A DNA stretch of 64,000 nucleotides. It comes from Persephonella sp. GTDB lineage: Bacteria; Aquificota; Aquificia; Aquificales; Hydrogenothermaceae. Where the stretch lies: NCBI GenBank assembly GCA_026987075.1, contig JALSNI010000078.1:506-64505 (forward strand). The letters run 5' to 3'. Of the stretch, positions 19,817-28,124 are shown piece by piece (positions within the stretch are counted from its first letter, which is position 1; each line of letters starts with the position of its first letter). The position numbers and the translations under genes are program-made. The notes beneath the pieces are model-generated. The model had not been told where the DNA came from. It worked only from the letters and a program-made list of their open reading frames with translations, and did not search any database.

Positions 19817-20095
19817 TTATGAAGATAAAGCTTGTTTTGCAGTGTTGATTTTTTTTGCTATTCTTGATACCCTTCTGGCAGCCTCATTTTTGTGAATGGC
19901 TCCTTTCGCAGCTGCCCTGTATGCCAGTTTTTGAGCAAGGGGAAGTAATTTTTCTGCAGTTTCAATATCTTTGTTTTTCAGAGCTTCGTTAATTCTTTTA
20001 ATAGCTGTTTTCATTCTGGATATGTGGTATCTGTTTAGTAATCTTCTTTTTTCTGCCTGTCTTATTCTTTTCTTTGCTGAACGCGTATGTGCCAT
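19817..20095 (-). CDS. rpsT: 30S ribosomal protein S20
   Basis: MAHTRSAKKRIRQAEKRRLLNR N-terminus; 92 aa and basic. Confidence 0.95.
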   Translation of the reverse strand: MAHTRSAKKRIRQAEKRRLLNRYHISRMKTAIKRINEALKNKDIETAEKLLPLAQKLAYRAAAKGAIHKNEAARRVSRIAKKINTAKQALSS

Positions 20096-20247
20096 TTAAA
20101 CCTCCTTTTATCCTTGTGAAGGACTAAATAATTTATATTACAACTGTCCAAAATTCAAGATATGTATTATAGCCAATATCTCATTACTTGTAAAGAGTTT
20201 TAAATTATATTATCCTTATGTTTTGATAAAAAAATGGAGGTAGGAAG

Positions 20248-21450
20248 TTGGCAAACATCACAATTGGAACTCTTGATTTTCCAAAAGTTTCTGAACAACC
20301 TGTTGAAATAGTGGAGAGAAAAGGCACAGGACATCCTGATACAATATGTGATGCACTTGGTGAAGAGCTTTCTATAGCACTATCTAAACTTTACAGAGAA
20401 GAATGTGGAGCAATAATGCACCATAATGTGGATAAAGCCTTACTGATTGGCGGTATTGCAGAACCACGATTTGGAGGTGGTTCTATAATTTCTCCTATAG
20501 AGATATATCTGACAGGAAGGGCTATAAACGAGATAAATGGAAAGAGGCTTCCTGTTGAAGAACTTGCCATAGAAACAGCCCACAGATGGCTAAAAGAAAA
20601 CATACCAAATATAAACGTAAATAGCCACGTCATTGTATTACCAAAATTGAAACCGGGAAGTAAAGACCTTGTTGAACTGTTTGAAAGGTTTCAGCTGAAA
20701 GGAGAAATTCCTTTAGCTAACGATACATCTTTTGGTGTAGGACATGCACCGTTTGATGATGTTGAAACTATTGTTTATGAGGTAGAAAGGGCATTAAATA
20801 ATAAAGAGTTTAAAAAAGACCACCCATATATTGGAGAAGACATAAAAGTTATGGGTGTTAGAAATGGAGATAACATCAGAATAACTATCGCTATGGCTTT
20901 TGTTGATAGATATGTAAAGGACATAAAAGATTATTTAGAGAAGAAAGAGATTGTTTCAAATTACGCATATTCTATAGCTCAGAATTTAACAGAAAGACAT
21001 GTGGACATATTTCTCAATACAGCTGATGACCCTGAAAATGAATCAGTTTACATAACAGTTACTGGAACATCTGCTGAAGCTGGAGATGACGGTCAGATAG
21101 GAAGAGGTAACAGGGTTAACGGCCTTATAACTCCTTACAGGCCAATGAGTCTTGAAGCTGCAGCTGGTAAAAATCCTGTTTCACACATAGGAAAGATATA
21201 TAACACGGCTGCTACAGACATGGCAGAAAGGATAGTTTCAGAAATAGAAGAAATAGAAGAAGTGTATGTATATCTTGTTAGCCAGATAGGTAAACCTATC
21301 ACAGAACCTCAGGTATGTGACATTAAACTGAGGGTCAATGGAAATGTAAAAGGTGTTGAAGAAAAGGTTAAAAAGATTGCCCAGGAAGAAATAGACAATC
21401 TTCCAAACACTTGGCAAAAATTCCTTGAGAGAAAGTTTAGACTGTATTAA
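20248..21450 (+). CDS. mat: Archaeal-type S-adenosylmethionine synthetase (MAT)
   Basis: VERKGTGHPDTICD, ANDTSFGVG, GEDIKVMG, VTGTSAEAGDDGQIGRGNRVNGLITPYRPMSLEAAAGKNPVSHIGKIYN. It is collinear with the Methanocaldococcus-type MAT as I recall that sequence, and is unlike bacterial MetK (no GHPDK-x-x-DQ N-terminus). Confidence 0.9.
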   Translation: MANITIGTLDFPKVSEQPVEIVERKGTGHPDTICDALGEELSIALSKLYREECGAIMHHNVDKALLIGGIAEPRFGGGSIISPIEIYLTGRAINEINGKRLPVEELAIETAHRWLKENIPNINVNSHVIVLPKLKPGSKDLVELFERFQLKGEIPLANDTSFGVGHAPFDDVETIVYEVERALNNKEFKKDHPYIGEDIKVMGVRNGDNIRITIAMAFVDRYVKDIKDYLEKKEIVSNYAYSIAQNLTERHVDIFLNTADDPENESVYITVTGTSAEAGDDGQIGRGNRVNGLITPYRPMSLEAAAGKNPVSHIGKIYNTAATDMAERIVSEIEEIEEVYVYLVSQIGKPITEPQVCDIKLRVNGNVKGVEEKVKKIAQEEIDNLPNTWQKFLERKFRLY

Positions 21451-21467
21451 AAATAAACGGCAGGCTT

Positions 21468-22109
21468 ATGCTAAAGGTTGGATTAACAGGTTCTATAGGA
21501 ACAGGAAAGTCAACAGTAGCTAAAATATTTAAGAAACTCGGTGCATATGTTATAAGTGCTGATGAGATTGTTCATAAGCTCCTTGAGGAAGAAGAGGTAA
21601 AGGAGAAGGTAAGAAAAGAGTTTGGTGATGTGTTTACTCCTGAAGGAAAGGTTGACAGGAAAAAGCTTGCTCAGATAGTTTTTAATGATGAAAAAAAAAG
21701 GAAAGTGTTAGAGGGGATACTGCATCCCCTCGTTTTTAAAGAGATAGAAAGATTTTTTAAAGAGGTAGAGGGAAAAGACCCAAAAGCTGTTGCAGTAGCA
21801 GAAGTTCCTTTAATGATAGAAACAGGAAGTTATAAAAATTACGATATTGTTATAGTTGTTTATGCTCCACATGACCTTCAGCTCAAAAGATTAATCAAAA
21901 AAGGAATGAGCGCAGAGGAAGCTGAAAAAAGAATAAAAGCCCAGATGTCTATTGAAGAGAAAGTAAAATATGCAGATATTATAATAGAAAATACAGGTTC
22001 GTTAAAAGAGTTAGAAAAAGAGGTTAAAAAATTATATGAAATACTTAAAGATATTGCTTCTTGTAGTAGCTATTCTGGTTTTCCCAGTAAAGGGAGAGGA
22101 AAGTATTAA
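21468..22109 (+). CDS. coaE: Dephospho-CoA kinase
   Basis: GLTGSIGTGKSTVA P-loop at the N-terminus; about 200-aa kinase fold. The 3' end overlaps the next ORF by 74 nt. Confidence 0.88.
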   Translation: MLKVGLTGSIGTGKSTVAKIFKKLGAYVISADEIVHKLLEEEEVKEKVRKEFGDVFTPEGKVDRKKLAQIVFNDEKKRKVLEGILHPLVFKEIERFFKEVEGKDPKAVAVAEVPLMIETGSYKNYDIVIVVYAPHDLQLKRLIKKGMSAEEAEKRIKAQMSIEEKVKYADIIIENTGSLKELEKEVKKLYEILKDIASCSSYSGFPSKGRGKY

Positions 22110-22311
22110 TTCTGACATTAGAATTGAGATAATTTCCCAGATTAAGCATTACGAGGAAGAGATTAAATACCTTGTTAAAAAAGCTGAAAAATCTCGGAAT
22201 CTAAAAGAAAAAAGATTGATAATGGAGCATATAGAGATATTAAAAGGGAAGATAAAAAAGTTAAAAAAATCACTGGAAAGATATGAAGATTTTTCTGACA
22301 TTATTGGTTAG
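22036..22311 (+). CDS. Hypothetical secreted coiled-coil protein
   Basis: N-terminal signal-like MKYLKILLLVVAILVFPVKG followed by K/E-rich heptad-like sequence. Confidence 0.4.
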   Translation: MKYLKILLLVVAILVFPVKGEESINSDIRIEIISQIKHYEEEIKYLVKKAEKSRNLKEKRLIMEHIEILKGKIKKLKKSLERYEDFSDIIG

Positions 22312-22657
22312 TTTTTTTATATTTTCCTGCACTAAAACAGAAGAAAAACCTGATGTTGTGATAGATATAAAGGTCTCAAAAAAAGGATATAAGCCAAATA
22401 ACATAGATGTTTTTCAGGGACAAGTAGTTTTGTTTAGGATTACTGCATTAGATGATGGTGTAAGTGTTAGTTTTGGAAATCAAAATGTAGGACACTGTTT
22501 TTACATCTTGCCCCCTTACGATGTTATAGTTAAAAACATAAAAAAGGGTCAGACAAAAGAGATAAAGGTGAAAATGATTTATCCCGGTGATTTTATTTTT
22601 ACCTGTCCATACTGTTCAGGAATTTTCCCAACAAATGGAGTTATACATGTCAGATAG
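22283..22657 (+). CDS. Cupredoxin-like lipoprotein
   Basis: Lipobox-like LVSFFIFSC, then a single beta-sandwich-sized domain with H...C-x2-C...H at the C-terminus (GHCFY, FTCPYCSGIFPTNGVIHV), reminiscent of cupredoxin_1-type domains. Confidence 0.45.
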   Translation: MKIFLTLLVSFFIFSCTKTEEKPDVVIDIKVSKKGYKPNNIDVFQGQVVLFRITALDDGVSVSFGNQNVGHCFYILPPYDVIVKNIKKGQTKEIKVKMIYPGDFIFTCPYCSGIFPTNGVIHVR

Positions 22658-23798
22658 ACTTTAAGAATTTTATGTAAATAAAAAATCCAATTAATGGGAA
22701 TATAGATAAAATAAGGACAGCGGTTTTATAGGAAAGAACAGTTTCGCCAAGAATGTAAATAGTAATCCCCCACGTTAAAGGTGATAATATGCTTGCCATT
22801 CTCTCAGATAGAGCCATAAAGGCAAATCTTGTTGTAAGCTGTTCGTATGGATATATTTGGATAACAACAAGTCTCAAAGTTGTCCATAGAGATGATAGAA
22901 GTATTCCAAATACAACAGAAACAAAGTATATAGTTGCTTTGTCAGAAAAGTAAAGCATAACAAAACCAGCTACCCATCCGATAAATATAAATTTTAAAAA
23001 AGCAGCAGGATTAATTCTGTCTAAGATATAACCGGTAATAGGAGCAGATATGATAGCAAATATTCCGGCAAAAGCTATAATGTTTACAATTTCTGATTGG
23101 GACATGTTAAAGACTTTATTTAGATATACAGACATAAATATTATAAGCCCATGGGCAGCATCTGTAAGGAGTAAAATAGAAAGAAGAAAGATAAAAAAAC
23201 TTTTTTCTTTGAGAACTTTTTTGATGCTGTTTAATCTGTTTCCTTTTTTGGGAATTTTTACAAATACAAGTGAGGGAAGAGCAAATAAGGAAAAAATAAC
23301 AGCAGTTATCAGAAATGTTTGGGAATGTGTATCTGACAGATAATTTGCAATCAGCAAACTTACTACTCCACCAAGGTATCCTATACCTATTCCTGAACCA
23401 GATACAACACCTCTATTTTTACCTTCTGCTACATCTTCAAGTAGAGAATTGTAAAATATAAGACTTTGTTGATAGAAGATGTTCATCAATAAAAATATTA
23501 TCAAAGCAAGAAAAAGGGAGTTTACAAAGTAAAGAGAAAACAGGAAAAGCATAACTCCTAAAACAAAAAATTTAAAAAAGATATCTTTTAATCCTTTTTC
23601 ATCAGCTATCTTTCCTGTAATTATTCCAAGTAATATAGAAAGTATCACTGATGTGGAGTATATAAAAGAGTAATGAAAAGAAGTTCCACCAAGGGTATTT
23701 ATAATCCATAGAGGGAAAAACACAGATATGATGTTTGATGAAAAAACAGTTTCTGCAAAATCAAATAAAGCCCATGAGAGAACTCTGATTTTTTTCAA
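22650..23798 (-). CDS. MFS-type transporter (UMF1/Atg22-like)
   Basis: 382 aa with about 11-12 hydrophobic helices. N-terminal SWALFDFAETVFSSNI resembles the UMF1 family. Confidence 0.7.
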   Translation of the reverse strand: MKKIRVLSWALFDFAETVFSSNIISVFFPLWIINTLGGTSFHYSFIYSTSVILSILLGIITGKIADEKGLKDIFFKFFVLGVMLFLFSLYFVNSLFLALIIFLLMNIFYQQSLIFYNSLLEDVAEGKNRGVVSGSGIGIGYLGGVVSLLIANYLSDTHSQTFLITAVIFSLFALPSLVFVKIPKKGNRLNSIKKVLKEKSFFIFLLSILLLTDAAHGLIIFMSVYLNKVFNMSQSEIVNIIAFAGIFAIISAPITGYILDRINPAAFLKFIFIGWVAGFVMLYFSDKATIYFVSVVFGILLSSLWTTLRLVVIQIYPYEQLTTRFAFMALSERMASILSPLTWGITIYILGETVLSYKTAVLILSIFPLIGFFIYIKFLKSI

Positions 23799-23808
23799 TG
23801 GAAAAACC

Positions 23809-24573
23809 TTAAAGATTTACTACCTGTTTAAGATGTTTAATCTCTTCTTCTGTAAGCTCTCTATATTCTCCAGGAGAGAGGTTCTCATCTAACAGTAAAG
23901 AACCTATTCTTATTCGTTTTAAATACATAACTGGATGACCTAACTTTTCCATTATTTTTTTGACAATGTGATACTTTCCCTCTTTAACGGTAATTGTTAT
24001 CTCTGATTTTTTATCATCTGTGGAAATCAATTTTATTTTAAAAGGTTTTGTTTGATAATCCTTCAATTTTATTCCTGTTATTTCATATTTGGTATAGTCT
24101 ATGTTTTTTATGTTTCCTTTTACAACAGCGTAATACTCTTTTTCCACTCCCCATTTTGGATGGGATACTCTGTGGGCAAACATTCCATCGTCTGTTACGA
24201 TAAGAAGACCTTCTGTATCTATGTCTAATCTTCCAACAGGGAATAATCTTCTGTAAAATGGTAAAGAAGAAAAAAACTCCATAACAGTTGGAAAATTTTT
24301 GTCCTCTATTGCTGTTATGTATCCTGAAGGTTTGTTAAACATAAAGTAATAGTTATTTTTTAACAGAACAGGCTTGTCGTCAAAACATACAATATCTACC
24401 TGCAAATCTATCTGATAGGAAGGGTTTTTAATAAGCTGGCCATTTACTGAAACTTTCCCTTTTTTTATAAAAAGTTTTACCTCTTTTCTGGAGCCTATAC
24501 CTGCGTTAGATAAGAATCTATCCAGTCTAACTTTTTTCAATTTGTTTAAAATGGGAGGAACAATTCCCCCCAT
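23809..24573 (-). CDS. RsuA/RluB-family pseudouridine synthase
   Basis: N-terminal S4 domain (RLDRFLSNAGIGSRKEVK) and catalytic GRLDIDTEGLL motif. Confidence 0.85.
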   Translation of the reverse strand: MGGIVPPILNKLKKVRLDRFLSNAGIGSRKEVKLFIKKGKVSVNGQLIKNPSYQIDLQVDIVCFDDKPVLLKNNYYFMFNKPSGYITAIEDKNFPTVMEFFSSLPFYRRLFPVGRLDIDTEGLLIVTDDGMFAHRVSHPKWGVEKEYYAVVKGNIKNIDYTKYEITGIKLKDYQTKPFKIKLISTDDKKSEITITVKEGKYHIVKKIMEKLGHPVMYLKRIRIGSLLLDENLSPGEYRELTEEEIKHLKQVVNL

Positions 24574-24582
24574 CTATCTGTA

Positions 24583-24855
24583 TTACTTAACTCTCTCTTT
24601 CAGAGCCTTTGCTGGATGGAAAGTAACTACTTTCCTTGCTGGGATTTCTATAACCTCTCCAGTTCTGGGATTTCTACCTTTTCTTGCTTTTCTTTCTTTT
24701 ACATTAAATACTCCAAGACCTGGAAGAGCAACCCTTTCTCCTTTTTCTAATGCTTCTGTAAGAGCTGCAACGAAGGCATTAACACATCTTTCTGCTGATG
24801 CCTTTGTTACACCAGCTGATGATGCTACTTTTGCTACTAATTCAGCTTTTGTCAT
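24583..24855 (-). CDS. hup: DNA-binding protein HU
   Basis: MTKAELV...[41 protein letters not shown] is the canonical HU arm; 90 aa. Confidence 0.95.
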   Translation of the reverse strand: MTKAELVAKVASSAGVTKASAERCVNAFVAALTEALEKGERVALPGLGVFNVKERKARKGRNPRTGEVIEIPARKVVTFHPAKALKERVK

Positions 24856-24929
24856 ATCTGACCCTCCTTAAAAATAGTTTTTCTTTCCCCTAAATATTTA
24901 ATTTCGGGGCAAGTTATTGACACTTTTAA

Positions 24930-24957
24930 TTTATATTATAAATAAAAAGAATGTCAA
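24930..24957 (-). promoter_or_regulatory. Candidate hup promoter
   Basis: On the minus strand: TTGACA (24957-24952), a 16-nt spacer, then TATAAA (24935-24930). AAGGAGGG lies just upstream of the hup ATG. Confidence 0.45.
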
Positions 24958-24993
24958 GTTTTTAGAGCTTTATTTTTCAGCATTTTACGAAAT

Positions 24994-27675
24994 TTATGTT
25001 ATGGATTTTATAGAGCCTCCTTCAACATAGTATATGCTATCTGCAGCATCTTCTATTTCAGTGTCGTGTGTAACAATGATTAGCTGGTTTACCAACTGCT
25101 TTTCTTTTAAGCTGATAAGAATATTTACCAGTTCGTTTCTCCTTGTCTGGTCTAAGTGAATAGTTGGCTCATCTAATATAAGGAAGCTGGCTTTAGAGGA
25201 TAAAAATCTTCCGATTGCAAGTCTTAAGGCAAGCCCTAATGCTACCATTTGTCCCCCACTGATTGAATTTACAGAAATGTATCTGTCATTTTTCTCTATA
25301 GATGGAACAAGGAGTTGTATGTCAAAGTCTTCTGAAAATCTAACTTGCTGGAATGGAAAACCAAAGTGAGAAAATATAGTATTGGTTATTTTAGGTAGTT
25401 CATACATCGCATTTTCTCTTATCACTTTTTGAATTCCTTTTGGACCTAATGCCTGTTCTATTTTCTCATATTTTTTTGCTTTTTCTTCCAAATTTTCTGC
25501 TTCTTTTAGTTTTTCTTCTGACCTCTGTATTTCTTTTTGCAGACTTTCTTTCATTCCTTCTAACTTTCCTATCTCTGTTTTTGTTTTGTTTATTTCTTCT
25601 GAAAATGTTTTTATTTCACCTTCTAATTTTTCTACTTCTTTTTTAGTGGAAGATAATTTTTCTTCTAATATTTTCTCGTCAATTACTTCCCTTGAAGTTT
25701 CAGAAATTATTGTGTTTAATCTATTTATTTCTGTTTTTGTTCTGTTGAGCTCTGAAATTACTTCCTTTTTCTGAGATATAACCTGCAGGGTTTTTTGATA
25801 CTCTTCTTCATATTTTTTAAGTTGTTGGATTTTTTCTTTTAGCTGTGTTTTGTTTTTTTCTTTTAGCTGATTTTCTATCTGTTCTTTTTGTCGTTTGAGG
25901 CTTGAAAGGGTGTTTTCTACTTCTTTGATGTTTGTTGATTGAAGAAACTTTTTTGCTTCTATGAAAGTTTGATAATCTTCTTTGTTTTTTTTGATAAAGT
26001 TTTCTAAATCTTTTTCTTCTGATTGAAGTTTGTCAAATTCTTTTACTTTTTGTTTCAAGACTGTTAGTTTTGAATCTATTTCTCTTTGTTCTTTCTGTAG
26101 TTCGGTGTATCTGTCAAAAAGTTCTTTAAACTCTTTTAATAGTTTCTGGATTTTTATTTCTTCTTCTAAACTCTGCAGGATATCTTTTTCTTTACTATTT
26201 AGCTCTTTATATTCTTTTCTTCTTTTTTCTAACTCAGTTTTTAAATCTTTTAATATTTCTTCTTTAGTATGCTGGTCTAAAGGTCTACTACACGTAGGAC
26301 ATTGACCTTCTATAGTTTGTATGTTGTTTATCTTGTTTTTTAGCTCTTCTCCGTATGCTTTTAAAAGACCTTTTTTTTCTTTTATCTGGTCTTTTTCTTT
26401 TTGCAGGCTTGAGATTTTTTCTTCGTTATTTTTTATAAACTGCTCAATCGTAATGGGATTGTCCTTTAAAATGAAATAGCTCCTTCTAAATTGAATTAGC
26501 TCTGACAGGACATTAGAGATGTTTTTTAGTATTTTTTCTACTTTTTTGCTTATGTTGCTGTTTTGTTTGTTTAAAGTATCAATCTCACCCTTTGTTTTTT
26601 CTATTTTTCTTAATGTTTCTTTCAGCTCTGATATTCTTTTTTCTGCTTCTGTCCATTGATTTGCCAGGTTTTCTAAGTTTTTTACAGTTTTTTCTTTTTC
26701 TCTGTATTCTTTTATTTTTTCTGTAATACTGTTTATTTTTTCTTTGATTACTTCTAACTTTCCGATACTCTCAAGGTTTTTTTCTAACTCTTTTAGAATT
26801 TCTACTTGCGATGTTAACTCAGGTAACTTTTTTTCCAGATTTTCTATTTCTTTAAGTTTTTTTTCTAACTTTTTTTTCTGATTTTCTGAAATAGTTAAAA
26901 GTTCTTTTGCCTTTTCTAACTTTGAGAGATTTTTTATGTTTTTTTCCTTTTCTTTGATGAGTTTTTCTAAGGTTTCTCTTTTGTTTTTATAATCTGTTTC
27001 CAAATTTTTTAGCTTTATCTCTAACTGCTTTTTCTCATTTTCCTTTTCAGTGATAAACTGATTTATTTTGTTTATTTCTTCTGAGAGCTGGTTCACGTCT
27101 GCAGCTGATTTTCTCAAGGCTTCTGCCTGTGAACTGATTATTCTTCGTTTGTGTGCTGCTGTTTCTGATAGTAACTGGTAAATTGTCATATCTAATATGT
27201 CTTCAAAAACTTTAGCTCTTTCTCTTGGGGATAGGTTTAAAAGACCTTCTATTTCTCCTTGTTTTACAAGAACAGAAGAGTTAAATGTTTTTTGAGAAAT
27301 TCCTGTAAGTTTAGGAATTTCCTTTGATATGTTTTTTTGATAGTAAGGTATGTATCTGCCTTTTTCGTATTTGTATACTGTTCCTGTGGATGTAGTTCTT
27401 TTACCTTTAATTTCTACTGTTCTTTCAATTTTGTAGAGATTGTTTCCTTTTTTAAACTCTAACTCTACAGTTAATTTGTTTCTTCCCCAGTATATGAGGT
27501 CAGATAGATTTCCCCTCTCTGTTTTACCAAAAAGACAGAACACAATACCTTCTATAATGGAGCTTTTTCCTGCTCCATTTTCTCCGATAAATACGGTGAT
27601 TCCTCTTTCTGCAAACTGGATGTCTGTATTTTTGTGAGCAAGAAAGTTCTGTAATTTGAGCCTTTTCAGTATCAT
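24994..27675 (-). CDS. sbcC: SbcC/Rad50-family ATPase with zinc hook
   Basis: Walker A GENGAGKSS, a very long K/E-rich coiled coil, central hook EGQCPTCSRPL (CxxC), signature SGGQMVALGLALRLA and Walker B FLILDEPTIHLD. Confidence 0.85.
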   Translation of the reverse strand: MILKRLKLQNFLAHKNTDIQFAERGITVFIGENGAGKSSIIEGIVFCLFGKTERGNLSDLIYWGRNKLTVELEFKKGNNLYKIERTVEIKGKRTTSTGTVYKYEKGRYIPYYQKNISKEIPKLTGISQKTFNSSVLVKQGEIEGLLNLSPRERAKVFEDILDMTIYQLLSETAAHKRRIISSQAEALRKSAADVNQLSEEINKINQFITEKENEKKQLEIKLKNLETDYKNKRETLEKLIKEKEKNIKNLSKLEKAKELLTISENQKKKLEKKLKEIENLEKKLPELTSQVEILKELEKNLESIGKLEVIKEKINSITEKIKEYREKEKTVKNLENLANQWTEAEKRISELKETLRKIEKTKGEIDTLNKQNSNISKKVEKILKNISNVLSELIQFRRSYFILKDNPITIEQFIKNNEEKISSLQKEKDQIKEKKGLLKAYGEELKNKINNIQTIEGQCPTCSRPLDQHTKEEILKDLKTELEKRRKEYKELNSKEKDILQSLEEEIKIQKLLKEFKELFDRYTELQKEQREIDSKLTVLKQKVKEFDKLQSEEKDLENFIKKNKEDYQTFIEAKKFLQSTNIKEVENTLSSLKRQKEQIENQLKEKNKTQLKEKIQQLKKYEEEYQKTLQVISQKKEVISELNRTKTEINRLNTIISETSREVIDEKILEEKLSSTKKEVEKLEGEIKTFSEEINKTKTEIGKLEGMKESLQKEIQRSEEKLKEAENLEEKAKKYEKIEQALGPKGIQKVIRENAMYELPKITNTIFSHFGFPFQQVRFSEDFDIQLLVPSIEKNDRYISVNSISGGQMVALGLALRLAIGRFLSSKASFLILDEPTIHLDQTRRNELVNILISLKEKQLVNQLIIVTHDTEIEDAADSIYYVEGGSIKSIT

Positions 27676-27986
27676 GTATTAACCTGTTTGCCTAATTTCT
27701 GTTCTACAGAGCGAATTTTTTGCTGCAATCTACCACTAAGCCCTTTTCTTATGTCAAATTTTACTACTGAATAAACCCTATTGCAGTCAGTTTCAAGCTG
27801 TTTGTAAGCTTTATTTATTATTTCTAAAGCTTCCTCTATACTTTCAACTTCAAATACTGTTCCCATTGGTGTTAATTTGTATGGAATGTCTGTTTCATCT
27901 ATCATTTTTATTATCCGGGAAACATATTGGCTTACGCTTTCTCCTTTGTCTGTAGGAAACATAGAAAATTCAACTAACACAGACAT
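27672..27986 (-). CDS. MTH1187/YkoF-family (DUF77) small ligand-binding protein
   Basis: SMFPTDKGESVSQYVSRIIKMI...YKLTPMGTVFE matches the MTH1187/YkoF pattern. Its stop overlaps the sbcC start by 4 nt. Confidence 0.65.
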   Translation of the reverse strand: MSVLVEFSMFPTDKGESVSQYVSRIIKMIDETDIPYKLTPMGTVFEVESIEEALEIINKAYKQLETDCNRVYSVVKFDIRKGLSGRLQQKIRSVEQKLGKQVNT

Positions 27987-28124
27987 CTTCTCCTCCTTTT
28001 TTATATATCATTAAAACAAGATATACCCTTTTTTTCAAAAGGTAAACTGTTATACAATTTCACGTAATTTTCATAATTTGGTAATAAGATTAACAACCTG
28101 TTTAGAGATTGCGAGGAGTTTTGA

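Noticed and set aside
20096-20247. Possible SAM riboswitch upstream of the SAM synthetase gene
   Set aside because: The region is AT-rich with no multi-helix GC-containing structure and nothing resembling an S-box or SAM-II pattern.
22036-22109. 74-nt overlap between coaE and the next ORF as a possible frameshift or fusion
   Set aside because: Both reading frames are open, and the downstream ORF begins with a convincing signal peptide. The coaE C-terminal tail may simply be longer than usual. There is no slippery sequence.
24916-24957. Inverted TTGACA ... TGTCAA pair in the sbcC-hup intergenic region
   Set aside because: The right-hand copy is explained as the -35 of a good hup promoter on the minus strand. 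The left-hand plus-strand copy has no properly spaced -10 and no downstream plus-strand gene.
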